Source: Plasmodiophora brassicae
Lineage: Eukaryota
Assembly (NCBI GenBank): GCA_036867785.1
Contig: CP145427.1
Coordinates: 186,001-250,000 of the forward strand
DNA: 64,000 nt
Reading direction: 5' to 3'
Of this stretch, positions 45,728 to 58,293 are shown piece by piece. Each line of letters begins with the position of its first letter. The stretch's first letter is position 1. The notes beneath the pieces were generated by a model. The model was not told the DNA's origin. It ran no database searches and saw only the letters and a list, made by a program, of their open reading frames with translations. The translations under genes were made by a program, and so were the position numbers.

Positions 45728-47166
45728 ATGGCGTCCCCGCGTGCTTTGAACCCGTTCACCGCGTTGCTCCACCGGGTGCACAACCCCGACCTGCCGCTCG
45801 ACGACCTGGCAGGCATCCTATCCGACCTGCATTCGTACCTGGGCCACCCGACGAACCACGTCATCGCGATTAACGCCGGGGTCTTCGCCGACCTGCGCCG
45901 GTGGCTCTCCCTTCCTGACATCGGCCAGCATCAGAACGCGATCGTGTACATCTTTCTCATCATCGATGCCCTCCTGGACATGTTCGACGGGCGCCATGCG
46001 TTCGTCAACAGCGTTGATGGCGTCAATCTGGTCCTGGAATGGGTTGCCAATGATGCGCCCAGCATTCGTCTGCCTGTCGGTCGCGCTCTCAGGCGTCTGG
46101 CTGAGGCCCCGGATTCGTTTGCGATCCTCCTCAAGAGCGACAACGTTATCACCACGTTGCTGAACGTCTTGTTCGACAACGATGATCGTGTGGCGTGCTG
46201 CGCGGCCGCCTGCCTTGCCTCCCTTCTGCCGTGTACACGTCCTTGGCGAATCAGCTAATTGCGGTATCTGATGCGTTCCTGAATAGATCGCCCTACGAAG
46301 GCTGTGCTGCGAGACTACAAACGGTTGCTCAATCTGCTGGAGACGGTATCGAACGATGTCGACAAGCTGGACGTGATTCGCGCCGTCTGGAACATGTCCA
46401 ATTGCCTCGAGTCAAAGGTTCCCGCCGTACTCGCCTCGCGTTTGCGCAATCTGATGCTAGGCCACAGGATACCATAATCGAAGCCGGCGCCATCCCAGTC
46501 ATGACAAAGTTGTTGACGTACAACGTTCCAGCAATCGCGTCGGGGGCGGCGGGTGCCATCATGGCGCTGTCGATCTCGCTGAAGGGCAAGCTGGCAGCAG
46601 TTGCCAACGCAGGCGTAATATCAACCCTCTGCGACATCGTCCTCAACACAGCGGACGCCACACCGCTTCGAACGAACGCGGCCATTGCCCTTCGCCACAT
46701 TGCGGAGAACGAGACCGCACTACCAACCGCCAGTGCATTACTAGAGCACAGCCCATATATTCTTCGATCTGTCAGTCACTGCTATGTTCTGCAACACGTG
46801 CCTGGACGTTCCCTGACTGCCAAACAGGTGTTGGGAGTTCGAGGATCGGCTTGCGCCATTCGAAGGCATCTGGAGGAGAAGACGGGACGGGCGACTGCGA
46901 ATGTGCTGTCGTTGCTGCAAACGTTGCTGGACGATGACGAGGGGTGTCAGGCAGCGTATGACTGCCTGGGCATCGTGCCGTTCCTTGTCAACGGCGCCAC
47001 GAACGGGAACGATCAGGCGGCGACCTGTTTGCGGCAGCTATGCGCACGGTGCCCGCCTGCCCTCGCCGAACTTAGCACGTTCTTCGTCAAGCGCCGCCTG
47101 GCACCCGTTCCCGTATTTGTCGAAAGCATCCTGAACGAGCACCGGCTGCCTGCGGCCAAAGCGTAA
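45728..47166 (+). CDS. Armadillo-repeat protein, radial spoke RSPH14-like
   Basis: ARM helices, e.g. IIEAGAIPVMTKLL..AAGAIMALSISLKGK. Several short introns. Confidence 0.7.
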
Positions 47167-47193
47167 TACACTCTGCCGGATGATATTCGAAAT

Positions 47194-48017
47194 ATGATGG
47201 CACGTGTCCCTCCATTCATCGTACTCAGCATGACGTTACCACGCCCTGTTCTATCGCCAGACATGTCGGTGCGGGATCGCGTTCGCGCCATCCAAGACTA
47301 CCTGGACGCCCTCGAGTACAACCACACCGGGTTCCAGTTCTTCATGTAGGTGGTAACCCCAGGTTTCCAAACCCTTTCCCATGCACTGCCTCCTGCAGGA
47401 TCGATAAGCGGGATCCGATGCAGACGACGGCGCAGGTGGCCGACGCCATCATGGCCGAGGCGTTGCCGATTAAGTGCCTGGAGGCGTGTGCGGTCGCCAT
47501 GGTGCTCACGTGTGGCACACCTGGCCTGGTGCGATCCCCGCTCAGGTTCCGCAGCGTCGCCAATGGAAGACGCTACTGGCACATCGTCTGCCTGCTTGAA
47601 GCCGACGGCGCATTCGGTGCCCTGGGCCTCAGCAGGCAGAAATCGCTCGGGTACCGACCCATTCACTTCCCGTCCGTTACTGCCTGTAAAGGACGCGTTG
47701 CTCGTCGCGGCACAGACGCTTGCTAATTGGTCACGCGCGCAGTGGTCCAGGATTACGTGGCGTGTTATGAACGACTCGGGCATCACGTCGATCGGGTGAC
47801 ACTGGGCACCCCGTTCAGCCACAGAATGGACACGCAGGATCCCGTCATCTGGAGCGCGGTCACGTTCCCGATCGCGGGCCTGTCTCCCGAATCCCTGTCC
47901 AGGCACATCGCGGCGTTCTACTCGAGGGCGCGACCGCGCCGACCGCTCGCCAAGGTACAGCGGCAACCAGCTGGCAGACCGAGACGGGACCGGATCTCAG
48001 CGATTGACGCCGTGTAA
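47194..48017 (+). CDS. VASH: Vasohibin-family tubulin detyrosinase
   Basis: IQDYLDALEYNHTGFQFF, EALPIKCLEA (catalytic Cys), HIV, FGALGLSR. Both ends approximate. Confidence 0.9.
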
Positions 48018-48245
48018 GGCTCCGACTAATACAGCGACAAGCTCCGATCCGCGTGCAAGTGACCGGCCAACCTGATTGTCACCAGGTACCTGTTCATCTT
48101 CACGGCCGACGACCTGAAGGAACAGGACCTGTCGCTCGCCGCCGACAGCATTCGCGGGTCGAATAGAATAACAACGTGTATAAATAGAAGAAGCGGGCGC
48201 ACTCGGCGATCAAGTCTGCTGCTGCTGCTGCTGGTCGTGTTCGCG

Positions 48246-48976
48246 TCAGTTGGTGTCGACGGCGTTCGGTTTCAGGAACTGGTGGCCGAGCGACGACAGC
48301 CAGACGAGCGCCGCACGAATCCCCGACCTCTGCTTACGTAGGTCGCCACCCGTCTCTTGCTCGGCCGTCCTGGGCGGTTCCTCGACGTCTTTGCTTGCAT
48401 CAGCGACCGCTGTTCGTGCACCGCTGCGCTTCGCGGGCGGCGAGCGCCGCAGGGGCCCCTCGCCAACGTGCGCCTTCTTCCGGGGCGGGCTCTTCGATCT
48501 ACGACGGGAGTGGATCGTTGACCCGCTGTCTTCACTGGCGCTTGTTGCAGGACCTCTCCGCTTCGTCGGCGTCGTTTTGCCGGATCGCTCCTTGTCGGCA
48601 TCGCTGACGATGGGCTTCCTGCGCGCATTCAATGGGAAGAAAGAAGACGGAGAACCATGCGACCCGTACTTCTTTTTTCTATGCGGTTTCATCTCCGACT
48701 GGATCTGTCGGAATTCGTCGATCAAACCAGGAGGGATATGGCTCTCTGAGTGGAACGATGAGCGCCCCCCGGAGCCGCAGCACGTGCGACGCGCGCCTAC
48801 CGACCCGGTTCCCACGTGTTCTCCGACTCCGGGTACCCCTGCCATTTAATCAGGTACTGGGTGACGCCGTGCCGTCTGCGTGTCGCGCGGATCTCCTCGA
48901 CCTCGAACACGCCGTCGCCCCCGTCGCCGTCGCCATCGTCCGAGTCGACGACGGTCGGCGCCTTCGTGCGCGGCAT
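48246..48976 (-). CDS. Chromodomain protein
   Basis: FEVEEIRATR..QYLIKWQGYPESENTWEP|ESHI..LIDEF, followed by a basic tail. Confidence 0.9.
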
Positions 48977-49262
48977 CTGTGACTGGCGGACCACTGTGGG
49001 GGCCGACCCCGCCGTAACGGGCGGAGAAAATTACTGCGCAGCTCTCGTTCTAAACGCGACTGACATTCCCGGGATCCCGTCCCACCGGCCCCGTCGCCTT
49101 CTACCCGCTCACGCCCGCCCCAAACAGATGAATGATTCATGCGTTGCAACGTGTGATCGGGTGCGGATCCGGTGCGTGTGCGTGTAACCATGTAGGAACG
49201 CAGCTGCACGGACGTATATGCGTGACAATAATGTATTAGTGGGCCGGGGATTGCAGTACGAT

Positions 49263-49808
49263 TTAGTTGACGAGGAACTCGTCGTCGAGTTGCACAGCAG
49301 TGGTATGGTCGTCATTGCTGAAGAAGGCGTCGGCGGCGGACGGGACGGAGCTGGATGCCCCGGAGGAGATGGATCCTTTCCGGAAGCCGGCGTCAACCTC
49401 GCTGAACAGGCTGTGCATCCAGGTCTCGTCGGAGGCGTGCCTGAAGGACGTCAGCGGGTGGGCCTCGCGCGATCTGGGTGACGACGATGTCTTGCCAACG
49501 TCGGCCGCTCCCCTGTCCCGGAACTCCTCGAAGCACGACCACAGTTGGTCAAAGTCGCCACTTGAGAACTTGGTGATGTTCGTCGACCCATCCTTTGGGA
49601 TTACCAGCACCGACACTTCGCAGTCGCACACTACGATCGGGCACATGGGTTAGCAGTGCATCAGTCAGGGCAATGCCATCGGTGACGAACGCGTTGCTAA
49701 CTCGTGCGCCTTCTTGACTAGACCATGCCTCCGCTTCCTGAACGTTGAGTCACGTCGTTTGGCAATCGGGGACGGGTCGTCGACGATCACATCGTTCTTG
49801 GCCACCAT
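49263..49808 (-). CDS. MADS-box (SRF/MEF2-type) transcription factor
   Basis: RRDSTFRKRRHGLVKKAHEL, then after an intron CDCEVSVLVI. Confidence 0.85.
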
Positions 49809-50201
49809 GATTGCGGAATGAGTCCCGCCAGCAGAGCTGCAACGAGCAATCGATGCCCGAGACCCGTGGTCGGTCCTAATTATAGAAAGGGCCGCACGCA
49901 GCTTCCACGGCCATCATGGGCCCCGGGGTCCCAGCCGCAGATCTCGAATTAGACCACAGCGATTCAAGAATAGAACCGCTCGTCCCACGGCCGAGGTTTG
50001 GGCATCCCGGTTCCGTTTCCAGAACAGCAGGTGCTCTTCATCGAACCTAATTTCGGTCGACCATCAGTTTGCCATGCACGTATGGGGCGGAGCGCTATGT
50101 ACGTAGATGGGCCGACCGATATTAGAGCTCGCAGTTTGCGCGGTGACCCGGGTCATGCTGCCAGTGTGAAAGCGACAACGGAACGCTAACCACAGCCCTC
50201 G

Positions 50202-50780
50202 ATGAAGACCGCGCTGGTGGTGCTAGCGCTGCTGCTGACTTTGACTGTAATTATTACGAAAGCGTCGACGTCGGCAGGTGCGAAATGCGCAGCGTATACG
50301 GGGTCGAACGCAGGACTGGAGCTGACCCCCGAGTTGTTTATGACAGATAACGATAAGCCTAGTACTGGCATCGCAGGACTCCAGAACATGGTCGTTATGA
50401 ACCTCCAGAAATACTATCCACAAGTGCCGCCTGAACTGCTGAGCATGTCGTACACGAAACTGGCGTTGCTGTCGGCAGGTACGGGTGCCACGCTTCTGGC
50501 GGTTGACGAACTGAAGAGAGCTGTATCAAAATCGATCGGCTGGGCGGCGAGGAAGGTCGTAATGCCGACGACGCTCGTGGCGGCGTTAGGCCTAATGGGC
50601 CTGCGTATCGTCAATAGGAAAAAGTTCGACGAGTACTGGAACAGCGCCAAGGACAACGTATCCAATCTCAAAGACGCTGGCCTGGCGTATATCGGTTTCG
50701 ACCAGTTCAAGCTGAACGTTGCCACGTTCAGGGAGGTCGTGACGGCAATGCACGACGCCCAAAGCCCCGCCAAAGAATAA
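50202..50780 (+). CDS. Predicted secreted or membrane protein, unknown function
   Basis: Signal peptide MKTALVVLALLLTLTVIITKA; two internal hydrophobic segments; intronless 192 aa. Confidence 0.75.
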   Translation: MKTALVVLALLLTLTVIITKASTSAGAKCAAYTGSNAGLELTPELFMTDNDKPSTGIAGLQNMVVMNLQKYYPQVPPELLSMSYTKLALLSAGTGATLLAVDELKRAVSKSIGWAARKVVMPTTLVAALGLMGLRIVNRKKFDEYWNSAKDNVSNLKDAGLAYIGFDQFKLNVATFREVVTAMHDAQSPAKE

Positions 50781-51177
50781 GCATCGAGAAAGCGACGCGA
50801 CTCTGCTCCCTTTGCAATTCCTTCATCATATCTTGCGCCCCAATAATATTTATATTCTCCAGCCCCTGATCAACGTCATGATCTAATCGTATACATGCAC
50901 TTTATACTAGTAAAGCATGCCGATCCTTAATCATCGTTTACGTGCGTACTTTGGCGTGCTTTACGGTTCCCCAGATGGCATTTCCGCGCGCAACGAAACA
51001 TCATAGCGTTCGGGCCTATCAGGACACAACGAACGGCGACCGCCATCGACCAGCAACTACGTCGACGTCGTCAGGAGCACCTCAGTGCCGCGGCCGGTCG
51101 AGCACGACGTCCGGCGCCGGTCCACATGTTCGCCGGTGGTCCCAGCGTGCGCCAGTGACCGCGGTGTCAGGTGGCGC

Positions 51178-51705
51178 ATGAGTCAACAGTTAGCAATGCT
51201 CGATGCTGATTATGTCGGGCACCGATCGAGGATGCCGATGTACGCCGCCGCCGTTTACGCGTTCGACCTGGCGGTCTGCTTGGGTGTCCTGGCGCAGAAA
51301 GAGTCCTCGTGTCACGCCTTCCTGAATTACTACAGGGCGCTGCTGGTCCTGACCGCCTTCAGAGATACCGTATCGCTCGGCTGGGTATTACCGTTGCTGG
51401 TAAAGAGCACTGAACGCGGCCATGACGACACGGGGATCTTCCCGCCAACCATGTTATCGTGGTTGCACCGGTGCACCTGGGTTAGTCTAGCCCTGCTTCT
51501 GTACGGTTGGTTCACCGAACCGGACACCTGCAGGATGATGTCTCCTGTGATATATTGGTTCACGCGCGTCGAGCTCCTCCTTGTGGTCCCTGCCTGCATC
51601 ACGGGCATGTCATTCGCTGTCGTTTGTACGTATTCATGGATACGTCTGGTATATTCTCCGCTGAGTACCAGTGACAGATCTGTGCATTACGCTGCAGAAC
51701 AGTAA
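51178..51705 (+). CDS. Four-TM membrane protein
   Basis: Four hydrophobic segments with loop Cys (SSCH; TCRMMSPVIY). Confidence 0.65.
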   Translation: MSQQLAMLDADYVGHRSRMPMYAAAVYAFDLAVCLGVLAQKESSCHAFLNYYRALLVLTAFRDTVSLGWVLPLLVKSTERGHDDTGIFPPTMLSWLHRCTWVSLALLLYGWFTEPDTCRMMSPVIYWFTRVELLLVVPACITGMSFAVVCTYSWIRLVYSPLSTSDRSVHYAAEQ

Positions 51706-51880
51706 TCTGGATCTGGGTTTGCCGCGGTCACCGTCCGCTGCTCAACAGTCCCTCAACCAGGACGCATAGCACAAGGCCACAATACATTCCCGTTGCTGGC
51801 GCAGCTGGATTCGTTGCTTGGGAGGTCGATCAATCGTTTATTGGAAGATTGACAAACAGAACGGCCACAGTGATGGCTGA

Positions 51881-52432
51881 TCATGCGAGGACGGCGAAGG
51901 CAGCTGCGGCAATCACGGTGGCACCGACGTACACCGACGTCGCCGAGTTCTTCGCAGGGTCGTCCTTCGCGTTGTCCTTGTAGCCGGTGTAGGTCGCAAC
52001 CTTGTCCTTCATCGCGGCGTAGCCTTTCTGCATTCCGTCCTTGCCGACGACAGCAGCAGCAGTAGCACCGGCAGCAACAACGGCGCCGGCGCCAGCAGCG
52101 ATAGCACCAGCCCGTGTCATCTGCATCTTCCCGTCGACCTCGGTGGCCAGCCCTGCCTTCATCAGAATGTTCTTGCTGACGAACTTGTTCTGGTCCGCTA
52201 CCGGCTCGCCGTCGATAGCGCCAGTGTTGCCCAGTTCGCCGGTACTGTCGTCCTTGACCAAACCCATCTTCGTCCCAATCCCCGTCCCAATCCTCCCAAT
52301 CCCCGTCCCAATCCTACTGAAGAAGCCCGGAGCGTTGCTCGGGTCAGCCGGGGGCGCGGCATCATCATCGGCGGCGTATGCAACGGCGGCGAAGACCAGG
52401 GCGAAGACAAACAGGAACTTGATGGCCGACAT
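51881..52432 (-). CDS. Predicted secreted, GPI-like anchored protein
   Basis: MSAIKFLFVFALVFAAVAYA; RIGTGIG repeat; Ala/Gly hydrophobic core; NSATS..VIAAAAFAVLA* tail. Confidence 0.8.
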   Translation of the reverse strand: MSAIKFLFVFALVFAAVAYAADDDAAPPADPSNAPGFFSRIGTGIGRIGTGIGTKMGLVKDDSTGELGNTGAIDGEPVADQNKFVSKNILMKAGLATEVDGKMQMTRAGAIAAGAGAVVAAGATAAAVVGKDGMQKGYAAMKDKVATYTGYKDNAKDDPAKNSATSVYVGATVIAAAAFAVLA

Positions 52433-53254
52433 GGCGTGTAGTCAATGGGGTGGCTTTCGATCGATGTTGCACAGACGAAGCGATTTGCAGATTGAACGTG
52501 TCCGGCGCGGCGTTTGCCGTGACCAGTGCGGCCGTCCAGACCGACACTTGGCGTGTCCAGAAATAGGATTGTCGAACCGAGACCCGTTTTTAGATCAGCG
52601 CCAGTCATGTCCGTCTGTGCCGTGGACGGGGTTCGTGTCGACCGAAGTGTCGACCGACGTGAACGGACAACTGCGAAACTATTTTTAGCAACGCATGACG
52701 TTCGAACCGCCCACCTACCTATGTAGTTGCGTAGAAGTGGAAACCGGTTCGACAAGCTCGAGCCAGGTCGCGAACAAGTTCTGACGTCACAGAGACGATA
52801 GAGCAACTCCATCTAGTTACGGCTGATACCACGACTTGGAATGGGCCCATGGCAACATCAGGACGATGGCGATAGACGCGCTGTGCCTGCCGTATCACCT
52901 AAGGCCATGACACTGCCGTCTCCACGTGACCAGCAACCTGTGGCCACGCGCCCCCGTTCAAGGCTGTGTACACGGGGAGCCATCCATTTCGTCGAAAGCT
53001 GCTGTATCCCCCGAGTGTATTGACATCTACGTATGCGATGAGCGTGCACCGGCGCCCGCTTCATGAGACCGTGTAGGCATTCCGCGCACGAGGAGTGTGC
53101 TGCACGTCTCGGATTCCGTAGGGACATCCCTCGGAGTTTTTGCTGGGCCAGTTTGGCCGGCGAGGACGTGTCTGGCGGACGCAAGAAGCAACAACGGGTG
53201 CCTGGGATGTCGTTCAGGAGGCCCGTTCGTCCGGCCGGAACACCGGTGTCCTTC

Positions 53255-54865
53255 ATGATCATGGTCATCGTCGGGCTCAGTGGCCGTGTTGATGCGTTGA
53301 TCATCACGCTGCGCTCGGCCAGCGACGCTGACGTCGACTATGCCGTGGACGCCTGGACGGCGGCGTCCCATTCCAAAGTGCTCGACGGTTTGATCGGCGA
53401 CCTTGGCGATCGCGTGGGTCGCGTTCAGGTGCCGAACATTGCCAGTAGCGAGTTGCAGCTGATCGTGGAGTTCATGAACGCAACCGCTGTCGAGGAGGTT
53501 CTGTCACATTCGCAGTTCTGCGCCAGGATCCCCCTGATGGATGATCCCGGTTTATAGGTCGACCTCGCCTTGGAATGGGTCGAGAACAGGTTGGCGGCGT
53601 TAACGGGCGATACGCTGTGCCGACTGTTGATCGCCGCTGATTTCCTCGATATGCGGTCGCTCTTGGTCGCTGTCGCGTCCACGAAACGTGCACGGGACGA
53701 CATAGCTATGATTGCCGCGACAATGCACGCGGACGTTCTTCATTACGTCATGGGCATCGTCCGGCTCTGTCACTTCGCACGAATGGACGGCCAGAGATCG
53801 CTATGGCGTCGGCTCCGGTACGCTCTCGTCGTCCAGGACGGGGTCGGCTTCGTCAATCAAGCGCCGTGGGTCGCCCACCTGAACTTGCTGAACTGGGCCG
53901 TCGCGTACAAGGAGGAACTGATCGTCCAGCTGCTGGTCAGCCTGCCGGGGATCGATGTGAACGCCTGCAGCTGCAGCGCGACGTTCAAGAGGACGCCCCT
54001 GCACGAGGCCGTCTTCACCGGCCAGGCGCGCGTCGTTGAGATGCTGTTACGTGCTCGCGGGATCGACGTGAATGCGCGCGACACGACCAACAGGACCGCA
54101 TTGCACTGGGTCAGAAACCCCAACAGCCACGTCGTAATCAACCTGCTGCTGAACGCGTCTGGCGTTGACGTCAGCGCGAGAGACATGTACGAACGCACGC
54201 CGCTGCACGATTTAGTGTACAGGGGCACCCTTCAGGCTGTCGAGGCGCTGCTACAAATCGGCGATGTCGACATCAACGCCCGTGACGTGCACGAAATGAC
54301 GCCTCTACATGAGGCCGTGTTTTCCAGAGATGGGGACATCGAATTGCTGCTCAAGCCGCCGGGAATCCGTCATGCCATCGTGGCGTTGCTGCTGAAGGCC
54401 CCCAGGATCGATGTCAATGCCCGTGATCAGCATCAGATGACTCCTCTGCATAGGGCGATCCAGGCTGGTCGCATTCGCACTGTCCAGTTACTGCTGATGG
54501 CCCCTGGTGTCGATGTCAATGCGCGCGATGGTCAGCAGCAGACCCCTCTGCACAAGGCCACGATGCGCTCCCGCGCGCACGTTGAGCTGTTGTTAAGGGT
54601 CCCCGGCATCGACGTCAACGCGGCCGACTCGCTCCAGATGACACCGCTCCACTTGGCGACTGCACTGAACCGCCCCGATATCGTGGAGCTGTTAGTGGCG
54701 CTACCCTCGATCAGCATCAATGTTGAAGACAGTTTTCAGAGGACGCCCTTGGACATTGCCAAGGCAAGTCGCTATCAACCAATCGTATCGCTGCTGAAGC
54801 CTCGCCACGGGACGCTGAAGAGGCTCATGAAGAGGCTCACCTCACTTCGCTGGCTGCTGTGGTAA
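53255..54865 (+). CDS. Predicted secreted SKP1/BTB-like + ankyrin-repeat protein (paralog B)
   Basis: Hydrophobic leader; ITLRSASD..VQVPNIASSELQLIVEF; intron 53498-53557 at the same site as paralog A; LCRLLIAADFLDM; ~9 ankyrin repeats. Start could be the upstream ATG at ~53207. Confidence 0.85.
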
Positions 54866-55562
54866 TACAAACGATTTCAGCTGTGCATCGTTTGTCACAA
54901 ATCGCTCGAGCGATCGAGTTTGCATAGATCCAGTATTACCCGTTGTTCAAGCGACACGGTCCCAGGCCGAGGACATGTTCGCGATAGTCGTCGGCCATTG
55001 CCAGTCAGCACGTGGACAGCTTGCGATCGAAGAAGAACGGCAGGTGGGTTTCACGGCGAGTTTATCGATGGCATAGTCAACGACTTCGCTGCATCGACGT
55101 AAACGCATTAACGTGCCGCTGCGACCCACTGTGTCATCTTGTCGCTCTGCAATTCAGATTGTTGCTCTGTTGGTGTTCCAACGGCACGTCCGCCAGTTGG
55201 ACTTACAGCCGTACACGGCAGTGCACGTCGACCGTAGCATAGCGCTAACGAAGAGGCGCGATCGTCGACATGGTTTTGGTGTCGCTCTTCCATTCCGCGC
55301 TGGACTCATGACTGCATTGCACGACCACTATACCCTTGCCGCGATCTGGCACTACATCCTTGTCTCGGCCGACCCCTAAGCGTATTGCGACTGGCTCTCC
55401 CAATGGGTCTATCCCAGGACCGGCTCCGGCACGTTCGCCCGCCTGCACCTGTGTGACCAACAGTACCGCTATTCATTGGGCAGTTTCCGCCTCGCTGTGC
55501 AATGACGTCCGTCGCTGCTCCTAAAGCAATCAGAGTATGGAGCAGCGGTCGTCGGAAGACTG

Positions 55563-57992
55563 CTACATTTTCACAGTGACGAATGCAGCCTGCCGACCTG
55601 ATTTGACCATGGCTTCGAGCTCCTGCTTGGTCTGGATCTCGCCGCGCATGATGGCCTCGCAGTACTCGTGAGCGACAGAGATGTGGCTGTAGTGGTCTTT
55701 GCATTTGTGGATCGCCCAGACGCCGTCATCGTCGGTGCACAGCGTCACTGGGATATGCAGGTTCAGGAACCGCCGCAGCGTACGCTGGTTCTCCGGTTTA
55801 TCGTCTACGACGCTGTCGAACAGTAGCGCGTCGTTGCTTGTCGGGTTCAACTCGAACACGATGCTATTCGTGCGGCAGAACTGGCGGAACTTCCGCAAGG
55901 ACAGGATCAGGTCGTCGTCATCTGCCGGCGCGCAATCCAAGTCGGGGAGTGCCGACCCTCGTACTTCTGAGTCGTCTGCCAAGTGCAGAAAGGCGACGCC
56001 ATGGCCGATGCGGATGAGCGCAGATGGGTGTCCAGCAGGCGGTGCTCCAATTGCTTCATACAGCATCCGGATGCTCGTCATCAGGACACGCATATGCAAC
56101 TCAAACGCACGTTGAAGGGTGCGTTGGCCAGGATTAGGCGACGGCGCTGGGAACGCAGAGCTTGGCGGCCGTGGAACGCTCTCGCCGGCATGGATTCGCA
56201 TTCCGAACGTCCGGCGCCCGTTGTCGCGGAAGTACCGGACGATACTGAGAAACGTGGGATGGGTGAGCGGAATGTACGGATAGCCCATCTCGTCACCCAC
56301 CACATCGAGGCCAACGAGCAAGTGCTTCCAATACCGATGCAGGTCCCTACTGGAACCATCGTCGTGCAGCACGTCAAGGAACTCTTGTGCTATCAGACGA
56401 ACCGTGTCAGATGCGGGGTTTGGGAAACCAGAAACAGGATGGACTGACCCTTCCTCAGTTCGTCTGCAAACATGCTCTCGATTGATTTCTTGCTGCAGAG
56501 TTCTTTAGCGAGGTCCTGTAGGCTAGCGTCGAGTGGCACGCTCTTGACGAATTGTAACAGGCGCTCAAGGGCGCTGCCTTCGGACAGCGCATTGAACTCG
56601 ATGTCCGTCAGTGACCGATACTTTGTGGGAAGCCGAACACTGCTGCTGTTGCGCTTGAACGCCATCAGCAGAGTGAACGTCAGCCCTCTCGGCTTGTTAT
56701 GGTACACGCCGAAATACTTCCGCCATACAGGCCGGGGTTGGCTTCTACATGGGTCTCCAGATATCGAAATCTCTACAGCAGAAGTCAGAGTGCGAGCGCC
56801 ATCCTCATTACAGAGCGTACCGGGCATTTCCTTTTCCGATTCAGAGGATGCATCTGGCAGATCCTCCACGTCGCCTTCGGAAGGTTCGTCCCCGGCAACG
56901 CCCGCCTGCCCGCGCTTTCGATTCCTCAAGTTGACCAGCGGCGAGCTGAACGACTTCCTGACCACGTTGTCCATGATCGTTAAGTTCATGACGTCACTTG
57001 ACCCGACAGACATCTCCACGTAGTTCACGCCCGCGCGATCATAACGGCCCAGGACCGTGTTCAGCAAGATGCCCAGAACCTCCGGTCGCTGCTCGTATAT
57101 GCAATCCTTGGCGGCGAAGCGCATCGGATAGAACTGGGGCGTGAACTGACTTCCAGTCAGATCGCGGCGACAAACGATTTCGCCCAGAGCTCAGTACCTT
57201 TCCCCGGAACACCTGCACAATGTCGTGATGACCAGGAGCATCACCGTCCTTCCCGAGGAACTGAAACCAGTTCGAGACCAGCGCCCGGAAGCTGCCATTG
57301 CTGCGATCGCTGCCGACGACCAGGTCTGCGATGTGCTCGTTCCGCAACCCCACGGCCCAGCAGAGCGTCTTCCTTCGCGCATTCAGATACACGTACTCGT
57401 TGAACAGCCCGTTGACGTTTGCGCCGTTGCTGGACGTCGAGTTGTTGAACAGGCCTTCCAGGAGATACCGCCGCATATCCTGACGAAAGGTCACATCCGC
57501 AACGCCCGTTTCAATGTTGCAGATCTGGACGAGGGTATCCTCGGGGAATACGACGTCGTTCGTGAAATGGTCCGCGACGAACGAGATACGTTCCTGCCCC
57601 GCCCGTCGCTCCAGCTGTCCGATCAGCGAATCGTCAAGGTCGACCTCATGACGGCAGCCCGTATTGGTGCATTTCGCCTGCAGCGACTCGATCCTTGCTC
57701 TGAGGCAGGCGGCGGCGGCGTCCTTGGACGGTCTATCGGGGAACAGGACGCCGAGCGCGTGCTTCAGTTTGCGCCAGGCGTCGGTCGCGCGACAGGCCGT
57801 CGCACGGGGGAGGTAGACGGTCATGATACGCAGCCAGAGATCGGCGGCCCCCATCCCCATCAGGTGCGTGTGCAGTTCCGCCAGGCCACGACACCCGACC
57901 ACCCGGTCCAGCTCGGCAATGATCCGGGCCGTGCGGTCGGCGTGCGCGTCGCTGCCGATAGACCCGGACGACGACGACGACGACGACGCCAT
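55563..57992 (-). CDS. Adenosine/AMP deaminase-like metallohydrolase with large insertions
   Basis: AELHTHLMG, YVEM, VGLDVVGDE, RIHAGES, RIGHG, ELNPTSN, LCTDD. Two introns. Confidence 0.88.
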
Positions 57993-58293
57993 GCGTCGCC
58001 GCTTACGGCCACCGCTCCCGGTACCCGCCGACCGCATCGGCGGCTCCCCCGCCCACGAGGCGCCTGCGTTAAAAGCGCGAAACACAAATAAACTAAACTA
58101 AGGGTGCGTCTGGCAACCGGAAAAATCGCAATTTTTGGCCCAAAAATGGCATTTTTCTCAGTAAAATGGCATTTCTTGAAAAATAACATTTTTGTAGCGT
58201 CTGGCAAACCATCTTCAGATTTTGGAAAATGCCATTTTTCGAGATTGAGCTCTGAGCTCAATTTCGAAAAATGGCATTTTGAAGCGAGCGCCA

